In this document: positions 53,816-55,055 of the stretch, piece after piece
How positions within the stretch are numbered: position 1 is the first letter of the stretch
Layout: each line of letters opens with the position of its first letter
Assembly (NCBI GenBank): GCA_020027245.1
Contig: JAHRAN010000056.1
Span: 1 to 55,055 of the forward strand
Length of the DNA: 55,055 nucleotides
Source of the DNA: Myxococcota bacterium
GTDB lineage: Bacteria > Myxococcota_A > UBA9160 > UBA6930
Direction of reading: 5' to 3'
Translations under genes and position numbers: made by a program
The notes under the pieces: generated by a model
The model's database searches: none
What the model was told of the DNA's origin: nothing
What the model saw: the letters and a program-made list of their open reading frames with translations, nothing else

Positions 53816-54757
53816 ATGACGATTCTGTGCAGCGGCTCGGTCGCCGTGGATCACATCATGGTCTATCGCGGTCGCTTTCGGGATGTGATTCGCCCCGAGC
53901 GCCTGGGCCTGCTCAACGTGTCCTTCCATGTGCCGCAGCTTCAGCGCAGCTTCGGCGGCTCCGCGGCGAACATCGCCTTCAACCTGCGCCTGCTCGGCGA
54001 AGCGCCGCGTCTGCTCGCCACGGTCGGCGGCGAGGACTTCGGGGCATATGCCGAGTGGCTCGACGCAAACGGCGTGTCGCGCGCGCATCTGCTGCCGCTC
54101 GCGGGTGAGGCGACCGCTGGCGCGTACATCATCACGGACGAGGAGGGCAACCAGATCACCGGCTTTCACGCCGGCGCCATGGAGCGCGCGCACGAGGCGG
54201 ACTTCGAGCGCGCCGTGGCCGGCGCCGCGTTCGGCGTGGTGTCGCCCAACAGCAAGCGCGCCATGACCCTGCACGCGCGCGCCTGCAAGCACCGTGCGCT
54301 TCCCTGCGTGGTGGACCCCGGCCAGGGGCTGCCGCTCTTCGACGGCGCGGAGCTTCGGGAGTTGCTCACGGGCGCCGCCTGTTATGTGGTGAACGATTTC
54401 GAGTGGTCGCTGACGCGGGAGCGCACCGGCCTCGATGAAGCCGCCATCGGCGAGCGGGTCGGCGCATGGATCGTGACCCGTGGCGAAGAGGGCTCGACCC
54501 TGCACGAGGGCGGCGTCACCCGGCAGGTGGCGCCGGTGCGCGCGGCCCGCGTGGTGGACCCGACCGGCTGCGGCGACGCCTACCGCGCCGGTCTGCTGCG
54601 TGGTCTGCGGCGCGGCGCGTCCTTCGAGCTGGCCGCGCGGATGGGCAGCCTGATGGGCGCACTGCTCGTCGAGCGCCAGGGCACGCAGAGCCTGACCCTC
54701 GGCGAGGGCGAGTTCGCAGAGCGCTTCCGTCAGGCGTTCGGCGAAGACCCTGCCTAG
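53816..54757 (+). CDS. PfkB-family carbohydrate/nucleoside kinase
   Basis: GGAGGAG lies 6 nt upstream. The GG dipeptide region FGGSAANIA and the C-terminal DPTGCGDAYRAG anion-hole motif are present. Confidence 0.85.
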   Translation: MTILCSGSVAVDHIMVYRGRFRDVIRPERLGLLNVSFHVPQLQRSFGGSAANIAFNLRLLGEAPRLLATVGGEDFGAYAEWLDANGVSRAHLLPLAGEATAGAYIITDEEGNQITGFHAGAMERAHEADFERAVAGAAFGVVSPNSKRAMTLHARACKHRALPCVVDPGQGLPLFDGAELRELLTGAACYVVNDFEWSLTRERTGLDEAAIGERVGAWIVTRGEEGSTLHEGGVTRQVAPVRAARVVDPTGCGDAYRAGLLRGLRRGASFELAARMGSLMGALLVERQGTQSLTLGEGEFAERFRQAFGEDPA

Positions 54758-55055
54758 AACGCCCGCTGGTAACGGAACAGAAGTGAGAACTCGGTGTGGT
54801 TGCTGCGCGCGTGCTCCGGGTTCAGGGTGGCGAGTGCGGCGATGTTGAACGCGCCGTCGCGCCAGCTTCTCGATACGAATCCCCGGCGCGCCCGGCTGGC
54901 GGGCAGTGCGTAGGCCAGCTCGAAGTCGAGTTGCCGCGCCGAGGGTGTGAGCGGCAGCGTCGCTTCCTCGATGTTCAACTCCCGGTAGCGTGTGCGCCCG
55001 CTGACCCAGCGCAGCGAGAGGTCTCCCGACTCGATGCGCAGCGGTTGCGACAACC
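54754..55055 (-). CDS. Outer-membrane beta-barrel protein, C-terminal fragment (N-terminus outside window)
   Basis: It ends ...EFSLLFRYQRAF with a terminal Phe and an alternating hydrophobic pattern. The frame is open to the window edge. Confidence 0.45.
   Translation of the reverse strand, partial: LSQPLRIESGDLSLRWVSGRTRYRELNIEEATLPLTPSARQLDFELAYALPASRARRGFVSRSWRDGAFNIAALATLNPEHARSNHTEFSLLFRYQRAF

Noticed and set aside
54754-54757. The convergent pfkB-family gene and the OMP fragment share a palindromic CTAG, so their stop codons overlap
   Set aside because: The overlap is real but is a trivial consequence of tight convergent packing. No regulatory inference is justified.

Overview
This is a high-G+C bacterial chromosomal segment, about 65-75 % in the lines I hand-counted. 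It is gene-dense and mostly housekeeping: cysE, nadA, pntAA/AB/B, leuCD, tkt, malic enzyme, dinB, purN, metF, a tupABC-like transporter, tRNA-Asp and tRNA-Pro. I found no transposase, integrase, CRISPR array or prophage genes. Six things stand out. (1) A 1,828-aa autotransporter (3227-8713) has a C15G5 homopolymer at its 5' end. The tract separates a strong SD+ATG from the long ORF, so this is a candidate phase switch. (2) A lower-G+C single-gene insertion (25029-27956) encodes a 975-aa N6-adenine methyltransferase fusion with an N-terminal nuclease-like region and a long C-terminal domain. It looks like a Type IIG-like single-polypeptide restriction-modification or defence protein. (3) A roughly 0.85-kb islet of about 44 % G+C (17470-18320) carries an orphan secreted Cys-rich protein. 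(4) A B12/acyl-CoA gene neighbourhood (13703-24985) resembles the ethylmalonyl-CoA or methylmalonyl-CoA module but does not match it. It contains a PduO adenosyltransferase, MeaB, an Ecm/MeaA-like mutase, a VOC protein, an ADP-forming CoA-ligase pair with a coupled 72-aa ferredoxin-like ORF, a Ccr-like reductase and a hotdog-like protein. (5) Two families of modular palindromic intergenic repeats recur at least 6 times each. (6) A small unassigned ORF lies directly upstream of dinB. All calls rest on reading motifs by eye. No database search was run, and the family assignments need HMM or BLAST confirmation.
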